Assembly: GCA_048885765.1 (NCBI GenBank)
Contig: JBHLLI010000003.1
Location: forward strand, 2,565-66,564
Direction of reading: 5' to 3'
DNA: 64,000 nucleotides
Source of the DNA: Candidatus Hermodarchaeota archaeon
Lineage (GTDB): Archaea > Asgardarchaeota > Lokiarchaeia > Sigyniarchaeales > SOKP01
In this document: positions 38,924 to 48,989 of the stretch, piece after piece
Position numbering within the stretch: position 1 is the stretch's first letter
How the letters are laid out: the number at the start of each line of letters is the position of its first letter
Notes under the pieces: model-generated
Seen by the model: only the letters and a program-made list of their open reading frames with translations
The model's database searches: none
Told to the model about the DNA's origin: nothing
Made by a program: the position numbers and the translations under genes

Positions 38924-39526
38924 TCATGATGGCATGAAAAACTTTTCTTCATTAAACATGCGTCCAAGGTTCATTAATGCAGGTTCAATATCTTTTTTCT
39001 TATGAATTCCTGTACAAACTACTTTACCGGTACTAAATATCAGAAAAACGGATTTTACTGGACTATTAGCCCGATAAATTAACCCCGGAAAGACTTCTGG
39101 TTCATAAATGGTATCTGGTAGTTTTAACAAGACTCTATCTAAATTAATTCTGTTATAAAAGTTGGCAGTCAATACAATATTGACTATCTTGGGATGAATT
39201 GAATTTGGGCTAATATTACTCGCAAGAATTTCGTTGAGTTTTAAAATCGACCGGTTTAATGCTATTTTAACATGATCAAATGATTTTAAACCAGTTAGTA
39301 TCATTTTTCCATTCTTAAAAAGAATTATGACACATTTTGGATGGTTTTCTCTAATAAAAAGTCCAGGAAAACGTTCTGAATTATATTCTGTGTTTTGTAA
39401 TTCTTCAGAAACTTTATTTAGATCAATAATTTTTCCCAGATTAAGAGAAGTTTTAGCAACTATATTTTGAATAGTGTAGGTTAAACTTCTACCACGATCC
39501 TCTAAAGCGAGGTCAGTATTCATCAA
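38924..39526 (-). CDS. tbp: TATA-box binding protein
   Basis: Two repeats: NIVA...ERFPGL...LFKNGKMILTG and NIV...YEPEVFPGLIYR...LIFSTGKVVCTG. Confidence 0.93.
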   Translation of the reverse strand: MMNTDLALEDRGRSLTYTIQNIVAKTSLNLGKIIDLNKVSEELQNTEYNSERFPGLFIRENHPKCVIILFKNGKMILTGLKSFDHVKIALNRSILKLNEILASNISPNSIHPKIVNIVLTANFYNRINLDRVLLKLPDTIYEPEVFPGLIYRANSPVKSVFLIFSTGKVVCTGIHKKKDIEPALMNLGRMFNEEKFFMPS

Positions 39527-39769
39527 TGGACTCCTAAAATGTTATTAGTTGAAAGTTATTTCATTTAGTTATTAAGTTGACATTCTATTTAATTATAATT
39601 CTTCCGTTTTTCTCAATCATAAATATTCTTGGAACGATATTTGGAAATTAATAATAAATTTGTATTTTAAACTGCTCTCAGAAATATTATAACAATCAAA
39701 ATTAAATAGGCTGACGATTTTACCTTTCTAATAAAAATTTTTAATTAAGCTAAATTTCTACTCTTATAA

Positions 39770-40039
39770 TTGATTTTTTTGGCATATCTCATGAAGCAAA
39801 TAACATTGAAAAAAATATTTATCTGGATATTGCTTACAATTAACTTATTCTTCGCATTTATTATCGGTTTAACAATTCCTCTATTAGAGGCAGTCAGTTT
39901 TATGAATCTTGGATTTATAATGTTTCCACTTATAATGATTCCATTATTAATTATTCTTAACTATGTAATACTAGATAGATTTCATTATTATTTAAGACAC
40001 ATAAATGATAAGGGAGATGACCTAGATGCAAATACTTAA
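39770..40039 (+). CDS. Small two-TM protein overlapping the archaeosortase start
   Basis: Two hydrophobic helices; 14-nt overlap with the next gene. Confidence 0.65.
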   Translation: MIFLAYLMKQITLKKIFIWILLTINLFFAFIIGLTIPLLEAVSFMNLGFIMFPLIMIPLLIILNYVILDRFHYYLRHINDKGDDLDANT

Positions 40040-40895
40040 AAAAATAAATAGAATTAAAAAACCAATTATTGAATATAATGAAAGAAAATATATTTTTTCA
40101 ATTCGATCCTTATTGTTATTTGCAATCGCAGCACCAATTTCAGCCTATTTAATTTATATATTCTTTGATTGGAGGCCTATGTATTGGCTTCATGAGATAG
40201 TAGTCAAACAGACGGTATATTTCTTAAATATCTTTTTTAATATGGGTGCAGAAGCTCAATACGCCCCTACTGGAATTTATGATTGGAGATTTTACATTCC
40301 AGGTAAAGCGCCGATATACTTTGAAACATTTTGTACAGGAATCCAAGCAATTTGTATTTTTGTGGGGATAATCCTTTTCACACCTCATAGTCAAGATCGA
40401 GATACTAAAGAAGATATAATATGGAGAAAAACGAAAGCCCTTATTGTATCTTCAGGTATTTTTTATATTGTAAATATTATCCGTATGTTAATCCAATTAG
40501 AATTATATTATATCGGTTATGAATGGAATGATATACACGTATCAATATCAGCAGCGTCTTCTTTTATAGCAGCAATTATCGTATTATTAATGCATAAATG
40601 GATTCCAGAATTTATTTTATCAATAATTTATATAGGAACTCTTGTAAGCGAGCCTATTAAGCAGAAGAGGAAAGAAAAAGTAAAAGACCTGGTAACACAA
40701 ACAAATAAAGTTGAATTAAAGATAATGCGTAAAGTATTAAGGATTGACAAGAAGAATTTTTCTAGAGAAATTTCAACATGGTCGGAGAAATTTGGTTATA
40801 GCATTGATGGAGATTATCTAGTAATATCATCTAATGACGTGTCCACCTTCATTGCCTTATTAATGCAAGACAAACCGTTTAAACAGGAAACGTAA
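40026..40895 (+). CDS. Archaeosortase / exosortase family protein
   Basis: Multi-TM; Cys-Arg-His triad in ETFCTGIQ, NIIRM, DIH; C-terminal cytoplasmic extension. Confidence 0.85.
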   Translation: MQILKKINRIKKPIIEYNERKYIFSIRSLLLFAIAAPISAYLIYIFFDWRPMYWLHEIVVKQTVYFLNIFFNMGAEAQYAPTGIYDWRFYIPGKAPIYFETFCTGIQAICIFVGIILFTPHSQDRDTKEDIIWRKTKALIVSSGIFYIVNIIRMLIQLELYYIGYEWNDIHVSISAASSFIAAIIVLLMHKWIPEFILSIIYIGTLVSEPIKQKRKEKVKDLVTQTNKVELKIMRKVLRIDKKNFSREISTWSEKFGYSIDGDYLVISSNDVSTFIALLMQDKPFKQET

Positions 40896-40953
40896 TAAAT
40901 TTTAACTGTTCTTTAACATTAGTGTTTATAAATCATTATTTTTTCATTAAATT

Positions 40954-41856
40954 ATGTTAGATATTGAAACAGATCAAAAAGAAATCCAAGTTGATAATGT
41001 AACATTTGGTGGTCAACCTGGAAAAAATCCAATTGTTATGATCGCAACCGTTTTTTATAGAAAACACGCTGCTTTATTGGACGAAAAAACAGGTGAATTT
41101 GATAAAGCTATTCTCGAAAAAGAATTAAATGATTACACTGAAATAATTGAGGATACCAAATTACAGGGAGTAATTGATATTGTTGGCTCTTATCCAGACG
41201 CTTTAATAAAACAATGTGAATATATCGCAGATAATGTGGAATATCCATTCTTAGTTGATGGTTTGAATGATTCATCAAGAATTCCGGCTATGAAAGGATT
41301 AGGGGAAATAGGACTTCTAGAGCGAGCTATTTTAAACAGCATCGATGAAAATACAACAGAAGAAAATTTAGAAGAATTAAAGAAAATTGGAGTAAAAAAT
41401 GCTGTTTTATTAACATTTGGAAATAGATATATATTTCCAAACCAAAAGTTAAAGTTTTTAAAAGATAAATTGATTCCTAAAGCAGAAAAAGCAAATATTG
41501 AAAATATTATTGTAGATACAGCTGTACTAGACTTACCTTCTATAAGCATTAATTTTGAGACAACAGGATTAATCAAAAAAGAATTAGGGTTACCTAGTGG
41601 TTTTGCTCCCGCGAACGCAATATATGGATGGAATTTTATTAAGAAATTTGGTGATGTAGCTCGATGTGGAGCAATTGCTTCTATTATGACTTACTGTGCT
41701 TCCGCACCAAGCGATTTTATTTTGTTTGGGCCAATAAAGTTTGCAAAATGTGTTATACCTGCCGTCTCTTTAATCTCAGGTGTAAATTCTTATTTCCAAA
41801 AACGAGTTAAAAGGAATAAAATATCTGATAGAACTCCACTACAAGCCATTTTTTAA
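40954..41856 (+). CDS. MtrH/MtxH-family pterin:corrinoid methyltransferase (stand-alone)
   Basis: GGQPGKNP, LERAILNSI, VDTAVLD, GFAPANA, DFILFGP; no other mtr genes in the window. Confidence 0.85.
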   Translation: MLDIETDQKEIQVDNVTFGGQPGKNPIVMIATVFYRKHAALLDEKTGEFDKAILEKELNDYTEIIEDTKLQGVIDIVGSYPDALIKQCEYIADNVEYPFLVDGLNDSSRIPAMKGLGEIGLLERAILNSIDENTTEENLEELKKIGVKNAVLLTFGNRYIFPNQKLKFLKDKLIPKAEKANIENIIVDTAVLDLPSISINFETTGLIKKELGLPSGFAPANAIYGWNFIKKFGDVARCGAIASIMTYCASAPSDFILFGPIKFAKCVIPAVSLISGVNSYFQKRVKRNKISDRTPLQAIF

Positions 41857-43355
41857 GCGATATATCTTAATAATAGATCCTCGGTATACTTTAAAAATGC
41901 GGATAATTCTTTTTTTATCTTGTCCCTTTTCCTTTCATCATCAACTAAGAATAAGAAGAACATGATATTATCTTCAATTTGAATTCTTTGAAAAATAATA
42001 ACTGAGTTAGCTACCTTAAAGACTGCTTCATCTTGCTTTAAAGCTTTGAACTTATCAAAGATTTTGAAAAGAACGGCGAATTGAGGTGCTGAGACTTCAA
42101 ATACATTAATTACCTCCGATTTTGGGATTTTGGTTAATTGCATTGCCTGGTTACTATAATAGTCAGCAAGTACTAGTCCATCGACACTTAAAAGTTGTGT
42201 TAAGTAGGTTTCTGCTATTAATGAAAAATTCTTTAGATTATGATTTATTAAATCTCTATTAGGGCTTAACTTTGAGATTCCTGATGAAAAAGCACGTAAG
42301 ATTGTAAATATCTGAAAAATACTGGTTATATAAATCTCTAGATGCTGATTCTGGTTAATTTCCCTTAATTTACTTTCAATAAATTCAATATTATTTTGGA
42401 TTTCTTCATTTTCTAAGATATCTGAGTCCCCTTTTGACATTATATAAACTATAGGTGTATCTTGATTGAAATCTTTAAGAACATCTTTTAAATTTTGAAG
42501 GTATTCAATACTTTCATCAAATCTAGCTTTGTTTTTGATATCAATAAAGTAAAACATTAAATCTGCTTCATATAAATATATTTCTGCTTTGTCAATATAC
42601 TTCTCTCGAAATCGTTTTTGGCCTCCTAAATCCCATAGAAAAATTGTTGCACCTAAAGCTTCAATAGATTTAATACTAGCCCCAGCGGTAGGTTTTAACC
42701 CAATCAATTTACTATATTTACGATCAACAGATAAAAGGAAACTAGTTTTACCTGAATCATCTAAACCGGCAAATAAGATTTTCATCTTTCTATGTGTAGT
42801 GATTGGAGTAGAGGGACTGTGCTCAATTTCAATTATATTTGAGAGAAGATCTTGAAATTTAGATTCTACTTCTTCACGTGGAGGATATGAATCACTCATT
42901 TCTTTATCGAAAATATTAAAAAATTCATAAACTATTGGTTTAATTCGATTTATATTGTTATATAGAAAACTACGTTTATTTTCTTCAACCAATATTGAAA
43001 ATGCTGTAGGTACTTGTGTATGATCATCATCAGTTCTGATAAAATGGAAATATGTGAGTGAAGTAGTTTTGAAATCAGGATAAGGTAGAATAGCAAAATA
43101 TTGAATTTTTTGAAGATCTTTCTCCTCATAAATAATTTTATCGCTAATAAATAGACTTAAGTTTTTTATAGAAATTTGAGTTATATCTCGATAAGATAAA
43201 ATAAGATCATTTTGGTTTTTCCCATCCATATTAAGTTCCTTTAATTCTTTCTCGGTAACGTAATTAGGGAAAGTATAAATTGGCGTAGGTCCTAGTTCGC
43301 CATATACACTGAATATAAAACCCTTAACTATTGAAGTTTTAAGTAATTCTTCCAT
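41853..43355 (-). CDS. u-DENN/longin-like + Rag/Arf-like GTPase + roadblock-like domain protein
   Basis: FSVYGELGPTPIYTFP; G1 GLDDSGKTS, PTAG, WDLGGQ, SKGD, TSIF; C-terminal LLSVDGLVLAD. Confidence 0.82.
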   Translation of the reverse strand: MEELLKTSIVKGFIFSVYGELGPTPIYTFPNYVTEKELKELNMDGKNQNDLILSYRDITQISIKNLSLFISDKIIYEEKDLQKIQYFAILPYPDFKTTSLTYFHFIRTDDDHTQVPTAFSILVEENKRSFLYNNINRIKPIVYEFFNIFDKEMSDSYPPREEVESKFQDLLSNIIEIEHSPSTPITTHRKMKILFAGLDDSGKTSFLLSVDRKYSKLIGLKPTAGASIKSIEALGATIFLWDLGGQKRFREKYIDKAEIYLYEADLMFYFIDIKNKARFDESIEYLQNLKDVLKDFNQDTPIVYIMSKGDSDILENEEIQNNIEFIESKLREINQNQHLEIYITSIFQIFTILRAFSSGISKLSPNRDLINHNLKNFSLIAETYLTQLLSVDGLVLADYYSNQAMQLTKIPKSEVINVFEVSAPQFAVLFKIFDKFKALKQDEAVFKVANSVIIFQRIQIEDNIMFFLFLVDDERKRDKIKKELSAFLKYTEDLLLRYIA

Positions 43356-43448
43356 TCTACTAGATGAATTATTTTGAATTTTACATATTAAATTTCTTAA
43401 ATTAATTTAAGTAAAGTTAATTATTAATAGCTTTATATTTAAATATAG

Positions 43449-44411
43449 ATGTTTCTTAAAAAAATCGCCGAAAGCATTAAGAATAACCAGTATATCATAG
43501 AAAAAAAAGAAATCAATCCTATTGTACAATATATAGATAACCACTCTTTTAAAAGCTCAAAAATTTTTACCGATATTGGAGAAGATGCAGCATCAATAGA
43601 AGATAATGACAAATTAGTTTTAGTAACAACAGATAGAATACGTACCTCATTTATTGAAAATTTTCCTTTTGGAGCAGGATTTAGTTCGATCCTGGTAAGT
43701 GTTGATGATATTTACGCATGTGGGGGCACACCTTTAGCTGCAAGTATTATTATTTCAGTTAAAGATCCTAAATTATGTAATGAAATTTTAATGGGAATTT
43801 GTGAAGGTTCAAATAAATTCCAAGTTCCTATTATAAGGGGCCATACTAATGTTCGAAGTGAGTGCTTCGAGTTAAGTTCTACTATGATTGGTGGAATTAA
43901 TAAGAGAGATTATATTTCTGCTGGAGGAGCTCAGATTAATGATGATGTTTTATTAGTTGTTGATTTTGATGGAAAAATAGGTAAAGCTAGTAAATTATAT
44001 TATGATACAACCACATTTAAATCGTCAGAAGAAGTTCTTACAAAAAGAAGAGCTATGAATATTTTAGCAAAGAGACATCTAGCAAACGCTTCAAAGGATG
44101 TTTCTAACGGAGGAATTTTTGGGACAATATTACAAATGATTAAATATTCAGAAGTTGGGGCTAATATAACTGTTAATGATATTAAAATACCTCAAATTTT
44201 GATAGATAGTAATTATGATTTAGAAACTTATATTAAAATGTATTTAACTACTTCTTTTATAGTATCAACTCCAGAATATAATTCTGATAAAGCAATCAAA
44301 GTTTTTAAGGAACAAAAAATGAACGCTCAAGTAATTGGTAAAATAATAGAGCAAAAGAATCTTTTGAAAATAAACGACGGTAAAAACTCCATTGATGTTA
44401 TCAAATTTTAA
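43449..44411 (+). CDS. AIR synthase (PurM/ThiL/HypE superfamily)-related protein, methanogenesis marker 2-like
   Basis: GEDAA, VDDIYACGGTP, RGHT, KDVSNGGIFGT. Confidence 0.82.
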   Translation: MFLKKIAESIKNNQYIIEKKEINPIVQYIDNHSFKSSKIFTDIGEDAASIEDNDKLVLVTTDRIRTSFIENFPFGAGFSSILVSVDDIYACGGTPLAASIIISVKDPKLCNEILMGICEGSNKFQVPIIRGHTNVRSECFELSSTMIGGINKRDYISAGGAQINDDVLLVVDFDGKIGKASKLYYDTTTFKSSEEVLTKRRAMNILAKRHLANASKDVSNGGIFGTILQMIKYSEVGANITVNDIKIPQILIDSNYDLETYIKMYLTTSFIVSTPEYNSDKAIKVFKEQKMNAQVIGKIIEQKNLLKINDGKNSIDVIKF

Positions 44412-44447
44412 ATATTTTTAAAATATTCAAATTTAAAATTAATAAAG

Positions 44448-45023
44448 ATGAGTAGGAATAATATGAGTATTGATTTTAAAAATAAAATTAACGGTGTAGT
44501 AAGTGTAATTGGAGCAAGTGAAATTAATGATGATCTAAGAGAAAAGACTATTGAAATTGGTAGATTAATCGCAAAAAATAACTATGCTATAGTGTGTGGT
44601 GGTCTTTCAGGCGTAATGGAGGCAGTTTGCAAAGGCGCTAAAAAAGAGGGGGGTTTTACTATAGGTATAATTCCTTCTGCAGAGAAAACAATGGCTAATA
44701 AATACGTAGATTTAGTTATTCCTGTTCCCTTTTCGCAAGCGAGAAACATTATTGTCGTTCTGACAGGTGATGTCTGTTTAGCAATAAGTGGTAAAGCTGG
44801 TACTTTGTCTGAAATTTCATTTGCTTGGATATATCTAAAACCAATTGTAGCATTGACAGATGTGGATGGTTGGTCCTCAAAAGTTGCCAATCAAAAATTA
44901 GATGACCGAAGATCTGATATGATTTATGGCGTAAAAACCCCTCAAGAGGCTATAGAGAAAATAAACTTTCTTTTTAAAGATAGAAGAAAGCAAGATGATA
45001 TTAGTCTATCGAATAATTTCTAA
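44448..45023 (+). CDS. LOG-family Rossmann-fold protein (TIGR00725-like)
   Basis: CGGLSGVMEAVCKGA, ARNII, GKAGTLSE, KPIV. Confidence 0.88.
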   Translation: MSRNNMSIDFKNKINGVVSVIGASEINDDLREKTIEIGRLIAKNNYAIVCGGLSGVMEAVCKGAKKEGGFTIGIIPSAEKTMANKYVDLVIPVPFSQARNIIVVLTGDVCLAISGKAGTLSEISFAWIYLKPIVALTDVDGWSSKVANQKLDDRRSDMIYGVKTPQEAIEKINFLFKDRRKQDDISLSNNF

Positions 45024-45775
45024 ATTTTCTGCAGCCTTAGAAAAAAATATTCCTCCTCTACCTTTTGATTTACCGTTTTAAAACCTATTTCTTGTAATAA
45101 TTCAATAAAATAACCAATATCTTGTTCTTTATTCCAGCGTGTGCCATAACCTGTAATTATTTCTTTATTTTTGATTTGAATTTTCATTAAAATTGCAAAC
45201 AAATCTTTCTTCTTATCTATTTTTTTAGTTATAATTGGATCCCATATTAAAAATTCTCCCTCTTCTTTTAGTACTCGAAAAACTTCCTTAAATATAGTTT
45301 TATGATCATTTTTAGGCATATACATAATTGAGAAAAACGCAGTTATAGTATCAAATGTATTATCAAGAAATTTTAAATCCTTCGCATCCATAATGATTTT
45401 AAGGCTCTCATTATCTCCTGCTTCAAGAGCTTCTTCGAGTTCACTTTTTCTAAAATCGATTGAAACGACATTGAGGCCTTTCAATTGCCCTATTATACCC
45501 TCTCCTCCACCACCTATATCTAAAATCCTTCCTTTGAAATTATAGTCATTAAGATTAATTTCTTGAGGGTGAGTAAAATAATAATTTGTTCCTTCCTTTT
45601 GATTAACAAAATCTACAATATCTTCTTTTGTAGCATACCATTTTTCTTCAATTTTTATGCCTTTTAACTCTCCAGATTCAAAATAGATCTCGATACTTTC
45701 CTCAGTTTCTCCGCTTGTGAACATTTTTTCTATATCCAAAACATCATAATATTTGACTTTGTTTATTTCCCGCAT
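45020..45775 (-). CDS. Excisionase/MerR-like HTH fused to class I SAM methyltransferase
   Basis: N-terminal ...FESGELKGIKIEEKWYATKEDI; ILDIGGGGEG, FLDNTFD, RVLKEEG. Confidence 0.78.
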   Translation of the reverse strand: MREINKVKYYDVLDIEKMFTSGETEESIEIYFESGELKGIKIEEKWYATKEDIVDFVNQKEGTNYYFTHPQEINLNDYNFKGRILDIGGGGEGIIGQLKGLNVVSIDFRKSELEEALEAGDNESLKIIMDAKDLKFLDNTFDTITAFFSIMYMPKNDHKTIFKEVFRVLKEEGEFLIWDPIITKKIDKKKDLFAILMKIQIKNKEIITGYGTRWNKEQDIGYFIELLQEIGFKTVNQKVEEEYFFLRLQKI

Positions 45776-45936
45776 AATATTTCTAAAAACGGGAGTATTA
45801 TTAGTTTTATTATTTCTTTACAATTTAGTTTATAATGCAAAATCTAAATAAGGAATGCTATAATTTTTTATCTTACAAAAAGAATATATTTATATACCAA
45901 TTACTTTTATAACCTTAAAGTAGGTGAAATTTAACT

Positions 45937-46902
45937 GTGGAAAAAAATATAAAGCAATCCATTCTTTATTTGAAAAAGGAAGAACCGCCTAAACCAGAAG
46001 TCTCAAAGATTATGTTCACGGGGCTCGACGACGCAGGAAAAACTAGCATAATTCTCTCACTTCAAAGAGAATTTTCAAAAATTGCAATCTTATCTCCTAC
46101 AAGAGGTGCTCAAAGAAGAGTCTTTGATTTTCTGGGAAAAGAAATAGCAGAATGGGATTTAGGGGGTCAACTGGCTTATCGAATAGCTTATCTAAAAAAC
46201 CCTGGTAAATATTTTGAAGGTACAGAAATTGCAATATATGTAATTGATATTCAAAATAAGCAAAGAATTGCTGAAGCGATAAGTTACTTTAAGGATGTTA
46301 TCGAACAGTTTAAAAAATTGGATATTGAACCTCCAATATATGTATTTCTACATAAATATGATCCTGCCCTTAGACGAAGTGCTCAAAATGAGATGGAAGC
46401 AGTAGTAATTGATTTAAAAGATAAATTAAGAGCTACCAAGTATAAAGAAATTTATTATTATGAAACATCCATTTATGATTTTGGCTCAATTATTGCTGCT
46501 ATGTCTGAAATATTATTAAGCTTATATCCCAAATCAGAATTGATAGAAAAGACAATTGTTGAGTTTGCTAAAAAAGTAGAATCAGAAGGCGTTGTTGTAA
46601 TTGATGATAATTCCTTAATCATTGGTTCTTACTATAAGGATGATGAAACGAGGCACCTACTAACAGCTAGTACGCCATATTTTCTCACACTTAATGATTC
46701 ATTTCAATATACTGGAGTAGAAGAACGATATGAGAATCGGATGATTGTCCAGCGTTTTGGGAAGAATTTCATTTTCAAACAAATTACATTAAAGAAAGAA
46801 TCGACTCCATATTATTTATTACTACTCAAGGAAGATCCCGTATTTCATAAAGAAGATCTCGAATCTTTTGCAAATTTACTTAAAGAAATTCTGTATAAAT
46901 AA
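45937..46902 (+). CDS. Rag/Gtr-like small GTPase with C-terminal roadblock domain
   Basis: GLDDAGKTS, PTRG, WDLGGQ, YVID, HKYD, ETSIYD; C-terminal VVIDDNSLIIGS. Confidence 0.85.
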   Translation: MEKNIKQSILYLKKEEPPKPEVSKIMFTGLDDAGKTSIILSLQREFSKIAILSPTRGAQRRVFDFLGKEIAEWDLGGQLAYRIAYLKNPGKYFEGTEIAIYVIDIQNKQRIAEAISYFKDVIEQFKKLDIEPPIYVFLHKYDPALRRSAQNEMEAVVIDLKDKLRATKYKEIYYYETSIYDFGSIIAAMSEILLSLYPKSELIEKTIVEFAKKVESEGVVVIDDNSLIIGSYYKDDETRHLLTASTPYFLTLNDSFQYTGVEERYENRMIVQRFGKNFIFKQITLKKESTPYYLLLLKEDPVFHKEDLESFANLLKEILYK

Positions 46903-47090
46903 GAGGATAGAAAATTCTATAATTCTGATTGAATACTGTGTATCTTGATTTTCTTATTACTAACATTAATAAAATCAGATTTGTACTTATATTTTATAGA
47001 ATAAAACAAATAAAAATATAATCTAACTTTGATTATAATAGAATTGAATGAAGATATTGCTCAAATTACCTAAATAGCGGAGATAGTATA

Positions 47091-48161
47091 TTGATTATAT
47101 GCCAAAATTGTGGAACTACAAATAATGAAGCAATTACTACTACTTGTAGGACATGTGGGGCGCTATTACCTGTAAGTTCTAAGAGTTCAAGATCGAAAAG
47201 AATCAAAACCGAAAAAAAGAACAAAGAAAAGCAGAAGTCTACTGAGCAACTACAAACTAGATCCGTTGGATCAAAAGATGTTAAAGAAGAGAAATTGGAG
47301 CTCCAGGAAATCCCTACTGAAGATCCTATTATAGATAAAGAAGTGGATTTACAGGAGATTCCGAAATCTTCTTTTGACGATGTTGATATCAAAATTCCTC
47401 CGAATAAAGAACAAGAACTTGAAGTCCCGAAGAAAGATGTTCTACAAGAAATTCCCGCTCAACCCTACAGAAGTTCTATTATGGAAGCAAGAAAAAGTTT
47501 TCAACCACCTTCATATAATACAAATACAATATCTGATGCGTTTTCTGAACTTAAAAGTTCGGTTTTAGACGAAGAAGAGAAAAAGCAAATAGTTCCAATA
47601 TCACCAAAGCCTTTAGAAACTACTGATAGTAATGTAGCTGCTTTAAAACAAAAGGCATTAGAAAAAGATATGACTAAAGTATTAAGTTTCCTTTCTAAAA
47701 AAATTTCAGTTAAGAAGCTAGAGATTCCCGAATCTAAATCAACCGAAGAAATCAAAGATAAAGAAGTTATACCTCCTTCAAGCATGAATGATATTTTAAA
47801 ACAATTAATTAGATTAGATTTAAATATTGAAGCTTCCGCAATTATTAAGACTGATGGAACAATATTAGCATCAGCAATATCAGGTCGAATCTCTGATTCT
47901 TTATTTGCTACCATAGGAGTGAATCTTTCAATGATGGGTTCGGATATTATTGAAGGCTTAGACGCAGGTAAATTAAGATCTATTTCCGTTCGTGGTTCAG
48001 AAGGTATTTTGGATCTTGCCCCTATAGACAAAGATAATCCTAGTGTTAAAGATATGATTTTGGTAATACTAAGTCATCCAAAAACTAAAAGTGGAATAAT
48101 TTCATTTGCAGTAAATATTGTTAAGAAACAACTAAAAGAATATTTAGGGATCCAAAAGTGA
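47091..48161 (+). CDS. Zn ribbon + long disordered linker + roadblock/LC7 domain protein
   Basis: CQNCG...CRTCG; charged linker with LQEIP x3; C-terminal IEASAIIKTDGTILAS...SISVRGSEG. Confidence 0.82.
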   Translation: MIICQNCGTTNNEAITTTCRTCGALLPVSSKSSRSKRIKTEKKNKEKQKSTEQLQTRSVGSKDVKEEKLELQEIPTEDPIIDKEVDLQEIPKSSFDDVDIKIPPNKEQELEVPKKDVLQEIPAQPYRSSIMEARKSFQPPSYNTNTISDAFSELKSSVLDEEEKKQIVPISPKPLETTDSNVAALKQKALEKDMTKVLSFLSKKISVKKLEIPESKSTEEIKDKEVIPPSSMNDILKQLIRLDLNIEASAIIKTDGTILASAISGRISDSLFATIGVNLSMMGSDIIEGLDAGKLRSISVRGSEGILDLAPIDKDNPSVKDMILVILSHPKTKSGIISFAVNIVKKQLKEYLGIQK

Positions 48162-48194
48162 AAAACAATTTGAATTAACCAAGAAAACTTGAAT

Positions 48195-48989
48195 TCAAAA
48201 TAACTTTTTTTGTATAATAATTTTGTTAATCTTGACAGTTTTAAAATAAATTAAGTTTTTATTCAATTCTTGCAGAAAAGAATTCAATTCATATATAGAA
48301 ACAAGAGGGATTTGATTACTATTAAATTTAAAGCTATTATCTTCCAAGGTAACCATCATTGGAATTACTAAAAGAGGTAATCGGTTTTTTAGGTTTGTTT
48401 TCGTATTTAATAAACATTGGATAATTCGTGAAAAGGCCTCAGGATTTTTTTTCAATGCAATAGCCCTTCTATATTGCAGATCTGCCGCGTTATTGAGAGC
48501 ACTAAAAGAATCTTTCCGTTTCCACTGTTTCGCATCAATTAGTAATACATACTTTAAGTATATACCTATAATATCAATTTCATATCTCTTTTGAGCAGTA
48601 ATAGATTTATAATTAGATTTATCTGAAAATCTGAAGTTTTTTATAGTAAAGTAATTATTTCTACAAAGAATCTCACCAATTAATCCCTCAAATGCATTAT
48701 AATTCAACAATTCAGATAAAGTCCTAATATCATACTTCAAAATATTAATCGTATCTATTATAAACAGAATTTTATTTATTACTATATAATCTTGGTAATT
48801 TCCCTTTTGAAGTGAAATAAAATCAAAATTAAATATATAGTCTCTTATTTCAGATTCAGTAGAATTATTGAAGCAAGGAATATCAGACACATTACACCAC
48901 ACTTCGATAATATCTGTATTTGTATGTTTTAAAATATTATAGATTTGATTATAAAACTGCTTTAGCGTATTATGAAATTTGATATTCAT
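48195..48989 (-). CDS. PD-(D/E)xK nuclease (NERD / restriction endonuclease-like)
   Basis: FEGLIGEIL, YEIDIIG...LLIDAKQW. Confidence 0.75.
   Translation of the reverse strand: MNIKFHNTLKQFYNQIYNILKHTNTDIIEVWCNVSDIPCFNNSTESEIRDYIFNFDFISLQKGNYQDYIVINKILFIIDTINILKYDIRTLSELLNYNAFEGLIGEILCRNNYFTIKNFRFSDKSNYKSITAQKRYEIDIIGIYLKYVLLIDAKQWKRKDSFSALNNAADLQYRRAIALKKNPEAFSRIIQCLLNTKTNLKNRLPLLVIPMMVTLEDNSFKFNSNQIPLVSIYELNSFLQELNKNLIYFKTVKINKIIIQKKLF

Noticed and set aside
48195-48989. PD-(D/E)xK nuclease as part of a defence island or mobile element
   Set aside because: No adjacent DNA methylase, integrase, terminal repeats or other defence genes.
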